Part shown: positions 11,880 through 23,959 of the stretch, in pieces
Layout: each line of letters opens with the position of its first letter
Numbering within the stretch: the first letter of the stretch is position 1
Source of the DNA: Octopus sinensis
Lineage: Eukaryota
Length of the DNA stretch: 64,000 nt
Direction of reading: 5' to 3'
Assembly: GCF_006345805.1 (NCBI RefSeq)
Contig: NC_043001.1
Location: 103,478,001 to 103,542,000 of the forward strand
Position numbers and translations under genes: made by a program
Notes under the pieces: model-generated
What the model saw: only the letters and a program-made list of their open reading frames with translations
What the model was told of the DNA's origin: nothing
The model's database searches: none

Positions 11880-12085
11880 CTCTCTCTCTCCATCTCTCTT
11901 TTCCTCTCTCTCTCATCTCTCTCTCCCTCTCTCCATCTCTCTCTCCATCTCTCTTTCCATCTCTCTCCTTCTCTCTATCTCTCCATCTCTATCTCTCTAA
12001 CACTCTCCATCTCACTCTCTCTCTCTTCCTCTCTCCCTCTCTCCTTCTCTCTCTCTCTCTCTCTCTCTCCCTCTCCATCGTCTCC
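11785..12085. repeat. Polypyrimidine (CT)n/(CTTT)n tract
   Basis: Directly visible. Confidence 0.9.
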
Positions 12086-12159
12086 ATCCTGGATGTCCCA
12101 CTGAATGAAAAACGAGAAAGAAAATAACATGTATATGTCAGCTCGTCACTATATTCGTT

Positions 12160-12474
12160 TCAAATGTTTGGCACAAGCCCCACAATTCCGTAGCGGCGGG
12201 AGTGAGTTGATTTCATCGAGCCCCAGTGCACAACTGGTACCTATTTTATCGACCTCCGAAAAGATGAAAGGCAAAGTCTACCTCGGTGGAATTTGAACTC
12301 AGAACGCGAGGACGGACAGTTCGACGCGAGTACTTATTGTATTTTGTAAAGCCTGGGACTTATTCTATCGATCGCGTTTGCCGAACAGCTAAGTTTCGGA
12401 GACCTAAACGCACTAACCGGTTGCCAAGCGATGGTGAGGGGACAAACACAGACATACAAGTACATACGTTACAT

Positions 12475-12537
<63 letters not shown>

Positions 12538-12700
12538 CGACGGGCTTCTTTCAGTTTCCGCCGACCAAATCCACTTAGAAGCTTTTTAGTTGGCCCGAGG
12601 CTATAGCAGAAGACACCTACTGAAGATATCACGCAGTGGGACCGAACCTAGAACCATGTGGTGGGAAGCAAGCTTCTTACTACACAGTCACTCCTGCGCA
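12160..12700 (-). mobile_element. Adjacent SINE-A 3' part (12160-12310) and SINE-B (12320-12700)
   Basis: Shared motifs with the other copies. Confidence 0.8.
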
Positions 12701-12701
12701 G

Positions 12702-12784
<83 letters not shown>

Positions 12785-13566
12785 TATATATATATATATA
12801 AAGATAAATAGAGTATAGATAGACAGATAGATTGAACTCTGAGTGATGTGTTGGGAAGCAAAGCGTCTTAAGAAGCAGCGAGAATGTATTTATTTATTTC
12901 GGTTGTAACATGTGTGTATGTTTAGATCTGTTGTGAATATCAGGAGAATATTAAATAATGCAATTTAGCTGCATTTTCTCTCTGATCAATACTTGTGACA
13001 CACAATCATCCACAAAGTAATGTGGAGAAAAAAAAAAGAAAAGAAAAGGAAACAAAATTCTTCTTTTAGCCGCGAATCATGGAATACTATAGAATTAGTA
13101 TTTCGATAGAAATATCAGTGAGATACGATAGAGAGAAAAAAAATGCAATAAAATGCTTTTAGTGTAGAATATATTTGGTATCAAGTGTTATGTGCGGTGT
13201 TCTCACATTGTTCTCACTTCTCATGAAGAATCTCGGATATTATTTATTACATTTGAATCTGAAAAATATATGTAGAACAGTTTCATTCATATAAGAGAAG
13301 GAAAAAAATGCTTTTTTTTTTGTATTGTTATAGACCAAACTGCAATTAAACAAAAGTCCTCGAAGAAAGTAATCGATATTATTGATTGAACTGTGTTATA
13401 AGTTAATCTTAAGATCACAATTATTAGAAAGGTCACATTCCATGTGCCGCCCCCTCCTTTTCCATTGCACAATCACAAGAAATATTTAACTCAATGTCAA
13501 CCGAAAACTTAACGAATTAATTTTAAAATGACATTTTTTTGTTAAGGTGGATGGTCAGCATTTTAA

Positions 13567-13950
13567 TCTTATATATATAAAGCTGAAGTTGTCTGTGTAT
13601 GGCAGGTTTGGTAGCCTTCAACTAACACTCTCTCCTCTGAGACCCTGCGGTGCAAGTTGACCACAATTGAGAGTATGATAGAAGAAGGCTTGCTCTTCCT
13701 TCTGTAGAAGATAAAATTCAAATGTTAACACCAAAAATTATTTACATCAAAAAGGTGCTTTCTTTCAATGAAAATCCCTATTTTTTACGATTTTTTGACT
13801 GCTGTGTCGCCATTTTTTGGTGTATTTCAACCAGAAAAAATGTTCACTTAAAGAGAATAACAAGCTACATAATGAAAAATTTTTACTTTTCAAAGATTCC
13901 AATTCTAAAGGGTTGAAACAAACCCGAGTAACGCCGGGCGATACTGCTAG
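13567..13950 (+). mobile_element. Non-autonomous Helitron
   Basis: A|TCTTATATATATAAAG 5' end, subterminal hairpin CCCGAGTAACGCCGGG, CTGCTAG|T 3' end, no TSD; second copy at 33786-34169. Confidence 0.85.
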
Positions 13951-13970
13951 TATATTATAAGCACCAATAC

Positions 13971-14415
13971 GAGGCGGCAAGCTGGCAGAATCTTTAGCAC
14001 GCCGGGCGAAACTCTTAGCGGTTTTTATTCTGTCTCACGTTCTAAGTTCAAATGACGCCGGGGTCTACTTTGCCTTTCATCCTTTCGAGGTCGATAAATT
14101 AAGTACCGGTAAAACACTGGGCTCAATGTAATCGACTTACCCCCTCCCCCCAAATTTCAGGCCTTGTGCTTAGAATAGAAAAGAATGTATTTTATATTAG
14201 TAATTATTCTAAACACCAATATGAGGCGGCGAGCTGGCAGAATCGTTAAAACGCCGGACATATTGCTTAGCGGCATTTTGTCCGTCTTTACGTTCTGAGG
14301 TCAAATGCAATCAAGACCCACTTTGCTTTTATCGATAAATTAAGTTCCAGTTGAGCACTGGGATCGATGTAATCAACCAGCCCCTTGCCCCCAAATCCCA
14401 GGTCTTGTACCTAAA
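13971..14415 (+). mobile_element. Two tandem SINE family A copies (13971-14185, 14223-14415)
   Basis: Two heads and two cores. Confidence 0.9.
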
Positions 14416-14616
14416 CGCCAATATTTGGAAGATATATTTACGACACGTGACAGCGTATTTGCATTGCATTTCGTGTTCATGTCAATGATTTCGATTCTCA
14501 CATCATTGTAACTCGCGTAACGCTTGTTCTCTATATTTTAGTCATACCGTTTTTATCCAAATAAGTTGCTGAAAACCATTTGGGAATGACAAACCCAAAT
14601 AACAAACGCAGATCCA

Positions 14617-14658
<42 letters not shown>

Positions 14659-15308
14659 ACGCATACACACTCACAAACGTACTTAACCATGAACTTCCGC
14701 ACCCATGGCATCTTTAGAACCGTTTTTAATTTGCAATCAATTTCCGAAATGTGAGATCAGACAGAGAAGCAAGCAAACAAACGGGGTAAAAACGGTGGCA
14801 TCTAATTGAATGATAGTTTGTTGTGTTGGATGGGGAAAATGAAGGAAGAATTGTGTAATATGTTGGCAGTAACTGTTAGATTTGGAACGTAAATTGGTGT
14901 AATGTAATTATTAATTTGTGCCGTTGAGAGTTGAACATGTTCTTTGATCAACAGCTAATTGGCAGGTAAATATTTATTTATATTCTTGTAGCCATGTTCC
15001 CTGTTCAATTATTTCCGATATAATTTGTAACACTTAAGTTTCTTAGAAGAATGAGTTCTCTCGGATCCTGTTTTCTTTAACAGCTGAAGAAGAATGCGAA
15101 TCACTTGCGGTTAATTGGAATTCATTTTCACCAAAGCTGGAATTTTGGTTCGAATGCGTTGCATCTGAATGAAGGCGTTCAAGAATCAGGCTAGCTAAAG
15201 CGTCGACATGGGTTATTGGACCACAAAGAAGAGCACATACATACACATACATCTACATACATACACATACATCTACATACATACACATACATTATATATA
15301 TATATATA

Positions 15309-15345
<37 letters not shown>

Positions 15346-15346
15346 C

Positions 15347-15810
15347 ACACAAATATGAGAGAGAATCCACTATGTGGACGCTCTTACGCTAGATATAGAT
15401 CCGTAAAGGGACTCAACCACTAAGAACTGCTCGTGTCTCTGACCTCATGTTAATATATAGCGTGCAGTTCGACAAATTATATTTTATGACGTACTCCACT
15501 GATGATCTGAGGATATTTATGTAAGTAAAATTACATAATTTATTAACAGTGAAACAATTGTATGGGGGTTATTTTTCATTTGTCCTGCTCGCTTACGGTC
15601 TTAGTGTGCTAAATTTTTTCTTGAGAACAATTCTTAGTGGTTGAGTCCCTTTGCGGATCTATATCTAGCGTAAGAGCGTCCACATAGTGGATTCTCTCTC
15701 ATATTTGTGTATTAATAATATTTACTGAATCTCAGTCTTTTATACGCTAGACCACTGGTGTTTAAATTGATGTTATTAAATTAATATCCAATTTTTTCAC
15801 CCTCCTTTTG
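15347..15810 (+). mobile_element. Penelope-type fold-back element (80-bp inverted arms 15347-15426 / 15631-15710)
   Basis: Arms are reverse complements with one mismatch; hammerhead motif in the spacer; flanked by (TA)n. Confidence 0.75.
15494..15567 (+). ncRNA. Type I hammerhead ribozyme motif with palindromic stem III
   Basis: CTCCA-CTGATGA-(t)CTG..TTATGTAA/TTACATAA..CAG(t)-GAAA-CAATTG-TA-TGGGG; stem I CTCCA/TGGGG; T-T mismatch at the base of stem II. Confidence 0.7.
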
Positions 15811-15844
15811 ACTTTTATATATATATATATTTATATATATACTG

Positions 15845-16117
15845 TTGTGTCTGGGGAGAGTCATTTTCTTTTCGTGCCTTATTATGTAACACATTCACCG
15901 GTAAAATTTCCACGTTTTTCTTATTTTTATTGTCCTAAAATTTTCATTGCGTCTTGAAACCTTTTCAATAGTTTTGACTCTTTTTGAAAAGTTTTGAAAA
16001 GGTTGCAAGACGTAACGAAGATTTTAGGACAATAAAAATAAGAAAAACGTGGAAATTTTACCGGTGAGTGTGTTACATAATAAGGCACACAAAGAAAATG
16101 ACTCTCCCTAGACACAA
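15845..16117. repeat. ~270-bp imperfect palindrome (arms 15845-15968 / 15994-16117)
   Basis: Arms are reverse complements, e.g. ACCGGTAAAATTTCCACGTTTTTCTTATTTTTATTGTCCTAAAA vs TTTTAGGACAATAAAAATAAGAAAAACGTGGAAATTTTACCGGT. Confidence 0.9.
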
Positions 16118-16181
16118 TAGAATATGCTTCAACACACGAACTCATATAAAGAATCTTGCAACCCAATCCAAAAACGAAATA

Positions 16182-16261
<80 letters not shown>

Positions 16262-16264
16262 TAT

Positions 16265-16625
16265 ATGGGTACAGGACGTCACCAACAGTAAACAACATGA
16301 AATACGAAAACAAATGAGTTCAACGATAGAAAGAAATGGAAAACAGGACAAGTAACACTAAGAACGACCCTTCATCAGTTGCCGGCTGTCTATCTACTCC
16401 TCATTTCGAGTACTGAACGACAATATGAATCTTCGAAGACAGTTGCTCCCATAACTTGCAGAATAAAATTTGGGATTTCTAGAGGGTCAAAGTTGGGAAC
16501 AAAAACAGGACAGTGGGGACATACAAGGAAACCGAACGAAAACAAACATGGAGGGGCGTTAGACCAGAACGAGAGGAAAATAGCGAACGCTGGAGAAATA
16601 TTTTCTTTGACAAGAGAAAAGATAG
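16265..16625 (-). mobile_element. Dispersed repeat, probable Penelope-type terminal fragment
   Basis: Homologous to 9075-9266 (GGGTACAGGAC...CCCTTCATCAGTTG...ATCTACTCC..TTTCGA). Confidence 0.5.
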
Positions 16626-16756
16626 AAGAGAGAGAGAGAGAGAGAGAGATAGGATACGTACACATACACACGCATATATACATATACATACGCACATCTA
16701 CATACATATATACATTCACGTATACACATACATCCACATGCACCCATATACAGTTG

Positions 16757-16905
16757 CTCAGGGGCCTGACAGGTTTAGGGACCCAACAGATCTAGGGAGT
16801 CCTAGTGGTGATCTATATATGCTGTGGTTTGCCATCAATAAATACTACAGCCCCTAGTGCATTTGTAGGCCTGGGGCCTACATTGCTTCTGCTAAGACGG
16901 CTCTG
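16757..16905. mobile_element. Possible hAT-type MITE end
   Basis: Ends CTAAGACGGCTCTG (reverse complement CAGAGCCGTC), similar to CAGGGCCGTC at 55848; GGGGCC subterminal motifs; no second terminus seen. Confidence 0.35.
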
Positions 16906-18815
16906 CGCATACATGTTATTTTATGTGGCGTTCAATAGATTCGTCGACATGTGTCCACGTGACATGTATCTTTACATGTAGCAATTTCAGGAAAGCAACA
17001 GCATTTAGGCAATTTGAGAAAGGAGGAAAATAGCTTTCTCAAAGCGTGCGTGTGTGTGTGCGTATGTCTGTGGGTGCGTGTATGTGCATGTGTGTGTGCG
17101 TGCGTATGTGCGTGTGTGTGTGCGTGCGTGTGTAAATGCGTGTGTGCATGCGTGTGTGTGTGTGTGCGTGACATCGTCTCCAGCTGGCTATACGACACGA
17201 TCTGTGTCCTTATTTTTTCGAACCAGAGAATCTCGCACGCCAACTCAGCTCAAAGAAATACCTGTGTATCGCGGGGTTTTGCGGGTTATTACAGCAACAT
17301 TCGTCCTAAACCAGGACTGCCATGTTACGTTGGCAAACAATTTTTACTCCACAACAATCTCTGTTTCAACACACGATTTCACATCAGGAATCTCGCAAAA
17401 TATATTGATTATTTACTGAATTATTGCTTTTAAGGCTTGAATTTAAGCAGCCAACAACAAAATATCAGTTTCTTTCTTTAAATAACCACTCCGGACTCAC
17501 CTGTGCCACGAGCCGTGGTTGTTCACGTGTTTAGCATCCCTCTACACCGCCATTCATTGAACCACCTTCTTTTAAGCATTCCTTTTCTTTCACAAACTAT
17601 GCTGCTTTGTTGTGCTTTCTTCTCTTCAACACAAGAAGAGTGCTAATTATTTGACACAATGGTTAAGTCTGTTTTCTTCATTCTTTGCAAGGTATCAGTT
17701 TACTGACCTTTTCTTCTCCAATATACAACGAGAAATGCTAAGTTCTCTCTTTTCGATCTTCCGATCTTATGTATAAACGACTGACATTTGCCTTTTGATG
17801 AAAAGCTCCATGCACAGCTAGGCCTTTTTCTCGTTTTTCTATTTAATATTTCTTTGCCATCTTTCATCTAATTCACTATTCCGGCGCAATAATGCTCGAT
17901 AGTAACCGGTCTTGTGTTCATCACATTTATCAAATTCCTCACATTTAGTTTGGACTTTAATACATCCTTTAATCTTTTCAGATATATTGATCTTGCTTTT
18001 TCTTTCGCTTCCTGATGCATGAAATCTTTGAATTCCAGTTCGCCTAGAAACTGGTGTCCATTGCCATTAGTTTCTAGAACCCGTTCTTCCGACATGTTTA
18101 TTCCAGGTTGCTCTTTTCCCTTTTCATTGTTGGCTAAAGTTGCACATTTTGATATTCTAAACTACATTCCAGTGTCACCTTAACGCACCTTTACTGTTTT
18201 AACACGTGAATTGATCTCTTTTTCTTACTTTGCAAATATCTTTAAGCCAGCCATAAGTAACAGATGATTTAGACAAGGGCATTGCTCTCCAATAGCTTAT
18301 GTTCTTCCAGATAAGCAATAAACACGATAACAAATAACAAAGTGTGTGTGGGGGAGAGAGAGTTGCTTTAAAAGCTATTTTATTCTAACAGCTACGTTTC
18401 CCAGTGAAGACATGTCCATCATCGGTTTCATTGTCCAGTGGGTTATGATGAGGTTTGCTGCTTTACCAAAAATTGTCAATCTACAGGAGAGGAAAAGGAA
18501 ACCCCTATTGTCTACCTTTTTAAAGTCGACCATGCACAGATCGGTCTGTGTCAATTGCAATTACCAGTTTGTCAATAATTAGTTACTCTCGGTGCTTTTT
18601 TAAAATGTTTCCTGCGCCCATTCTATCCATTATATAATAATTTGATCTCCATCAAATGTTTGTATGTTCTCTCAAAAAAGAAAACAGAAAAGAAAGAAAA
18701 ATGCCCGTCACTGATCTCCATAATAGATCGAAGCTGATGTGATTGGTCAATGAATTTCGAATGCATTTTTTTTCGCTGGACCTTTCATGATCGATGATGT
18801 TCGTTTCTCAATCAG

Positions 18816-18955
18816 CCCTAGGAATGAGAACCTAGGTTCGAAATTTCCCCAAGACACCTGATGAAGGCTGGAGGGCATATCAGCCCAAACGTTGTGTTAA
18901 CAACAAACAGAGTGAGGACAAATAGCCATCAAATGTAAATAATGTAAATAATTGC
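18816..18955 (+). mobile_element. Hammerhead-bearing repeat (same family as 40179-40385)
   Basis: TAGGAATGAGAACC...GACACCTGATGAAGGCTG..CAGCCCAAACGTTGTGTT...GTAAATAAT. Confidence 0.8.
18853..18898 (+). ncRNA. Minimal hammerhead motif, probably inactive (G12 to C)
   Basis: GACAC-CTGATGA-a-GGCTG/CAGCC-CAAA-CGTT-GTGTT; stems I and II pair, GAAA is mutated. Confidence 0.7.
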
Positions 18956-19057
18956 ATTTCTATTCAGTCGATTCCTCCAAATTGTCATCTCAGGGTTTCC
19001 CTTGTCTTATCCAACCAAAAGCCTCAAGTGTCCTGGTGCTGCTTTCATATACTTTAT

Positions 19058-19480
19058 TTACCCTTTTACTTGTTTCAGTCATTTGAATGTAGCCATGCTG
19101 GAGCACCGCCTTTAGTCGAGCAAATGGACCTCAGGACTTATTCTTTGTAAGCCCTGTACTTATTCTATCGGTCTCTTTTGCCGAACCGCTAAGTGACGGG
19201 GACGTAAACACACCAGCATCGGTTGTCAAGCAATGCTAGGGGACAAACACAGACACACAAACATATACACACACATACATATGTATATATATATATATAT
19301 ATATAGACATATATATGACGGGCTTCTTTCAGTTTCCGTCTACGAAATCCACTCTCAAGGCATTGGTCGGCCCGTGGCTATAGTAGAAGACACTTGCCCA
19401 AGTTGCCACGCAGTGGGACTGAACCCGGAACCATGTGGTTGGTAAGCAAGCTACTTACCACACAGCCACTCCCACGCCTG
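19058..19480 (-). mobile_element. SINE family B, full length
   Basis: Complete head-to-tail match with the other B copies. Confidence 0.92.
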
Positions 19481-19991
19481 TCCACACAGCCAATCCATTT
19501 TTATTATATCTTGCAAGTAAAATCAGTCCTTCAGGTTCTCCCTTTACTTTGGAGCTTTTGAGCAATCGTTGATTAGACTTTGGCCTATTTCTTCTCTCTT
19601 GATTCTAGCTGAGTATTAACTGCGGAATGGCTTTTCTCTCTATCTCTCTCTTTTAGCATGTTTTGTAATTTGGTTTTCAAATTTTTGCTTTGTCTCTTAA
19701 CCATTTCTGTTGTGTTGTTATCTAAATTTATTCTTTCAATGAAGCTTGTTTCTGCTTTCTATTTTATCATATCCACGTGCATTGAGAAGAGGTTCTTTGC
19801 TAGTTTCATTTTTATTTATCCTCTGTTTTTCACTCTTTGTTCCAAAGTACTTTCCCCAGTCATGCTGTTGTTATTTCACAGTAGTTTTCTATTTGTACAA
19901 AGTCACGCCAACTCTATGTGACGGGGGGGGGGGGGGAGGTATATTCTTAGTTTAGTTATTCCTGTTTTGAGGTGGAGTCATCAGCTCACTC

Positions 19992-20030
<39 letters not shown>

Positions 20031-20119
20031 TTATTATTATTATTATTATTATATTATTATTATTATTATATTATTATTATTATTATTATTATTTGTATTA
20101 TTATTATTATTGTTGTTGT

Positions 20120-20570
20120 TAAGGCAGCGAGCTGGGAGAATCGTTAGCGCGCTGGACAAAATGCTTAGCGGTATTTCGCCCGTTGCTAGGTTCTGAGTTC
20201 AAATTTCGCCGAGGGTCGACTTTACCTTTCATCTTTTCGGGGTCGATAAATTAAGTACCAGTTGCGTTCTGGGGTCGATCTATTTGACTGGCTCCTTCTC
20301 CAAAAATTTCGAGCCTTGTGCCTAGAGTAGAAAAGATTATTATTATTATTATTGTTAAGGTGGCGAGCTGGCAGAATCGTTAGCATGCTGGGCGAAATGC
20401 TTATCGGTATTTCGCCCGTCGCTATGCTCTGAGTTCAAATTCCACCCAGCTCGACTTTGTCTTTAATCCTTTTAGGGTCAATAAAATAAGTACCAGTTGT
20501 GTACTGGGGTCAATGTAATCGACTTCTTCCCCTTCTCCAATTTTAGGCCGTGTGCCTAGAGTAGAAAGAA
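20120..20570 (+). mobile_element. Two SINE family A copies separated and flanked by (TTA)n
   Basis: 20120-20335 and 20356-20570. Confidence 0.92.
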
Positions 20571-20583
20571 TTATTATTATTAT

Positions 20584-20788
20584 TGAAGATGTCATACAAT
20601 ATATTATATTGTGATGTTGTAGATCGAAGATATTGTGTCTTCTGGGGTTTTGTACTATCTGTCAAGTCACAGCAAGGACCTCAGACTGACAATACTTTAT
20701 GCAGTTCCAAGTAAAGCCAACTTTTGCAATACACCAAGATCATAGGATTTTTCTAAAGTGTCCATTTGTTTCTTCAGGTTGGGAGGTC
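20584..20788 (-). mobile_element. 3'-terminal fragment of an R4/Dong-like LINE
   Basis: Minus strand encodes YDLGVLQKLALLGTA (the LQK.xLLGTA C-terminal motif), then a short 3'UTR ending in (TAA)n. Confidence 0.7.
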
Positions 20789-20850
20789 TTGTTGTTGTTG
20801 TTGTTGTTGCTGCAGCTGCTGCTGTTGTCATTGTTGTTGTTGTTATTATT

Positions 20851-20892
<42 letters not shown>

Positions 20893-21060
20893 TCTTTCTA
20901 CTAAAAGTAAAAAGGCCTGAAATTTGTGGGTAAGGACTCGTCGATCACATCAACTCCAGTGCTCAACTGGTATTTATTTTATCGAACGCCGAAAGGGATG
21001 AAAGGAAAAGTCTGCCTCAGCGGAATTTAGACCCAGAATATAAAGACGGACGAAATTCGG
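20893..21060 (-). mobile_element. SINE family A (partial)
   Basis: Core and tail motifs. Confidence 0.75.
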
Positions 21061-21193
21061 CAAAGCAAATTCCTGATTTGAAGTCGTGTGTTGAAACAGA
21101 TATTGTATTTCGGGAGGGTCATATTTATGAGTTAGAATAAGAACAGTAATAAACGAGTGAAGAACGAATATACAATGCGTGTGTTTATTTGGC

Positions 21194-21276
<83 letters not shown>

Positions 21277-22079
21277 CATACCGAAATACAACAATAAATA
21301 TTATCCCCATTTTCAAAAGCGATGATTTCTAGTTTCGTATAACTTACATTAACATACCGATCGTCAAAATCTCAGATATTTTAGATTTTAGCCGTAAATC
21401 AACCCAGGAATTAAGAAATAATTGAATCAACCGGTTCCTGTTTTTATGATGTGCAAAAAAATTAATTAATTTACATCAGCAGAGCTTACTCAAAGGTGAG
21501 GACTTCCACTCCATGAAGGAGACAAAGTCTTTATGTTTCCGAATAACAATGAATCTCAGAAAAAAAGCCCCCCTCCCCAACACACACACACACGTAAACA
21601 AATCCGAGCCGAGTTCTGTTGCTGACGATGAAGGAGATGAAGCTTGTAAAAGAAAGAAAATAAAACGAAATAAAGCAAATTTATACAATTTCCTACAAGC
21701 AATACAAAATATATATGTCGGTCTGATAGGAGCCTTTTGATGGTTACGGCTGTTTGTGTCAATTATTTTACTGCCATGCATAAATCAGAGCGTTAATTTA
21801 GATAAGTTAGAAAATAAAATGAAAAAATTTCTCCCAGATAACGAAGGAAAAAATATGTGGCAGTGAAATCAATAATGTTATTCCAGTATATTCTAATCTA
21901 CTTAAAAACTGGGCAACGTTGAAAGTTTCCTATTTAAAGAATTGTTATTTTTTGCTGTCAAAATCCTACCATATGCCATATATCGTCCAATTAATGACGG
22001 AGGGATTTTCATCGACCGAATCTACGCTTCTTCTTTCTGTCGTTACTTTTTTAGGTATTTATCACTGCCCCCCCCCACA

Positions 22080-22119
<40 letters not shown>

Positions 22120-22253
22120 TTATAAATAAGGGCAAAAGAAAACAATTTCTATGCCAATATGCCGAGAATATTTATAAGTTGCTTATAATTTTCACCTTAA
22201 AAGGTATTTTTTAATATGCTGGCTACTGATAAAATTTTTTGAAAACTTTATCC

Positions 22254-22254
<1 letters not shown>

Positions 22255-22313
<59 letters not shown>

Positions 22314-22342
22314 ATATATGTATTTATATATATATTATGATA

Positions 22343-22380
<38 letters not shown>

Positions 22381-22463
22381 TATATTATATTTATATGTAT
22401 ATATATGTAAATATATATATATATTAATATTATATATATATAATATATATATATATATATGTA

Positions 22464-22527
<64 letters not shown>

Positions 22528-22535
22528 TATATATC
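22255..22535. repeat. (TA)n microsatellite
   Basis: Directly visible. Confidence 0.95.
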
Positions 22536-22544
22536 TTTTAGCGG

Positions 22545-23290
22545 TTGCTTCATTCAGTCATTGGACTGCAGCCGTATGGGACCATCACCTTGAAGAATAA
22601 ATCGACCTTAGTATTTATTATTTTATGCCTGGTGCTTATTCTATCGGTTGATTTTGCCGAACTGCTATATTACAGGGACGTAAACACACCAACGCCGGTT
22701 GTCAAGCGGTTGGTGGAGACAAACACAGACACAAAGACTCTCACGCACACCTACACACGCACGCGAGCGCGCATACATGGCGAGCTTCTCTCAGTTTCCG
22801 TCAGCGAAATCCACTTACAAGGCTTTGGTCGGTCCGAGGCTATAGTAGAAGACACTTGCCCAAGGTGCCACGCAGTGGGACTGAACTTGGAACCATGTGG
22901 TTGGCTTTTAGTTCTATTATTTATCAAAAAAGCTATACACAGACACGCACACATATAATGGGCTTCTTTCAGTTTCCATCTACCAGAACCACTCACTAGG
23001 CTTTGCTCAGTCTGAGGTTATAGTAAAAGACACTTGTCCAAGGTGCCACGCAGTGGGACTGAACTTGGAACCATGTGGTTGGCTTTTAGTTCTATTATTT
23101 ATCAAGAAAACTATACACAGACACACAAACATATACTGGGCTTCTTTCAGTTTCCATACACCAGATCCACTCACTAGGATTTGCTCAGTCTGAGGTTATA
23201 GTAGAAGACACTTGCCCAAGGTGCCACGCAGTGGCTCTGAACTCGGAACCATATGATTGGGAACCAAACTTCTTGCTGTACAACCACGTG
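22545..23290 (-). mobile_element. SINE-B followed by two tandem ~180-bp repeats of its 5' half
   Basis: AGAAGACACTTGCCCAAGGTGCCACGCAGTGG occurs three times at ~180-bp spacing. Confidence 0.85.
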
Positions 23291-23959
23291 TATGTATAAA
23301 ACGAAAGAAGCATTTAATATTAATCCTAAGAAACGTCCAATGGTAGAAGACATGCTTTGATAAGAAAGCAAAAACTAAAATTACAGATTTTCCAGTAAAT
23401 CATGAATAGACGCAAAACTGAACAAAGAGAGATTTATAATCCAACTGAGCAGATTTTGTTCTTCAACAATAATCTATTATTTTATATCATAGGCTGCCGT
23501 TGCTTAGTAAATTTGCGTTTCCTTCGCGCAACCACATTGCGAAAACCGTTCATAATACTTCACAAGTCGAGTGGTGAAAATCCGAATAGCATTATCTCGG
23601 TCAATTTTTGTTGTCAATTCTTCAGATATTTAAGTTTACTGAAGTGTTGAATGAATCTCCGCTACGTTAGACAAACAATGAACCAAAGTGTATAAGCTTC
23701 AGCTGAGAATCGTGAGTGTTTCAGCTACGAGCTATACAGCAGCCTTACTTTCTTGAGTCCATACCTTCTCTTATTATATATATACACATTTTCAACAAGG
23801 CGACCAATGGTTTCATGTTGAAGAGATCTCCTTAACTGTTGAAGCGAGCCCGCAGGAATGTTGGTACTCGTTTCCAGATTGGAGAAATAATGCAAAAACA
23901 GAACAGAAGAAGAGAGGATAAGTGATACCCCTTGGTTTGGTATTAGCCATGTATGATAT

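Larger units (their letters stand above)
17575..19975 (-). pseudogene. Heavily degraded R4/Dong-like LINE ORF, interrupted by a hammerhead element and a SINE-B
   Basis: VDFKK (18375-18560) and YLKRLKDVLKSKLNVRNLINVMNT (17868-18095) parallel motifs of the 37-39 kb LINE; 5' side abuts (TTG/TTA)n. Confidence 0.65.

Noticed and set aside
15084-15230. Possible exon after TTTTCTTTAACAG (similar at ~25511)
   Set aside because: Frames close quickly, no donor and no recognisable homology
19060-19095. SINE-B tail hairpin followed by GAAACAAGTA, resembling a hammerhead 3' half
   Set aside because: No CTGANGA upstream and no stem I; more likely a LINE-recognition stem-loop
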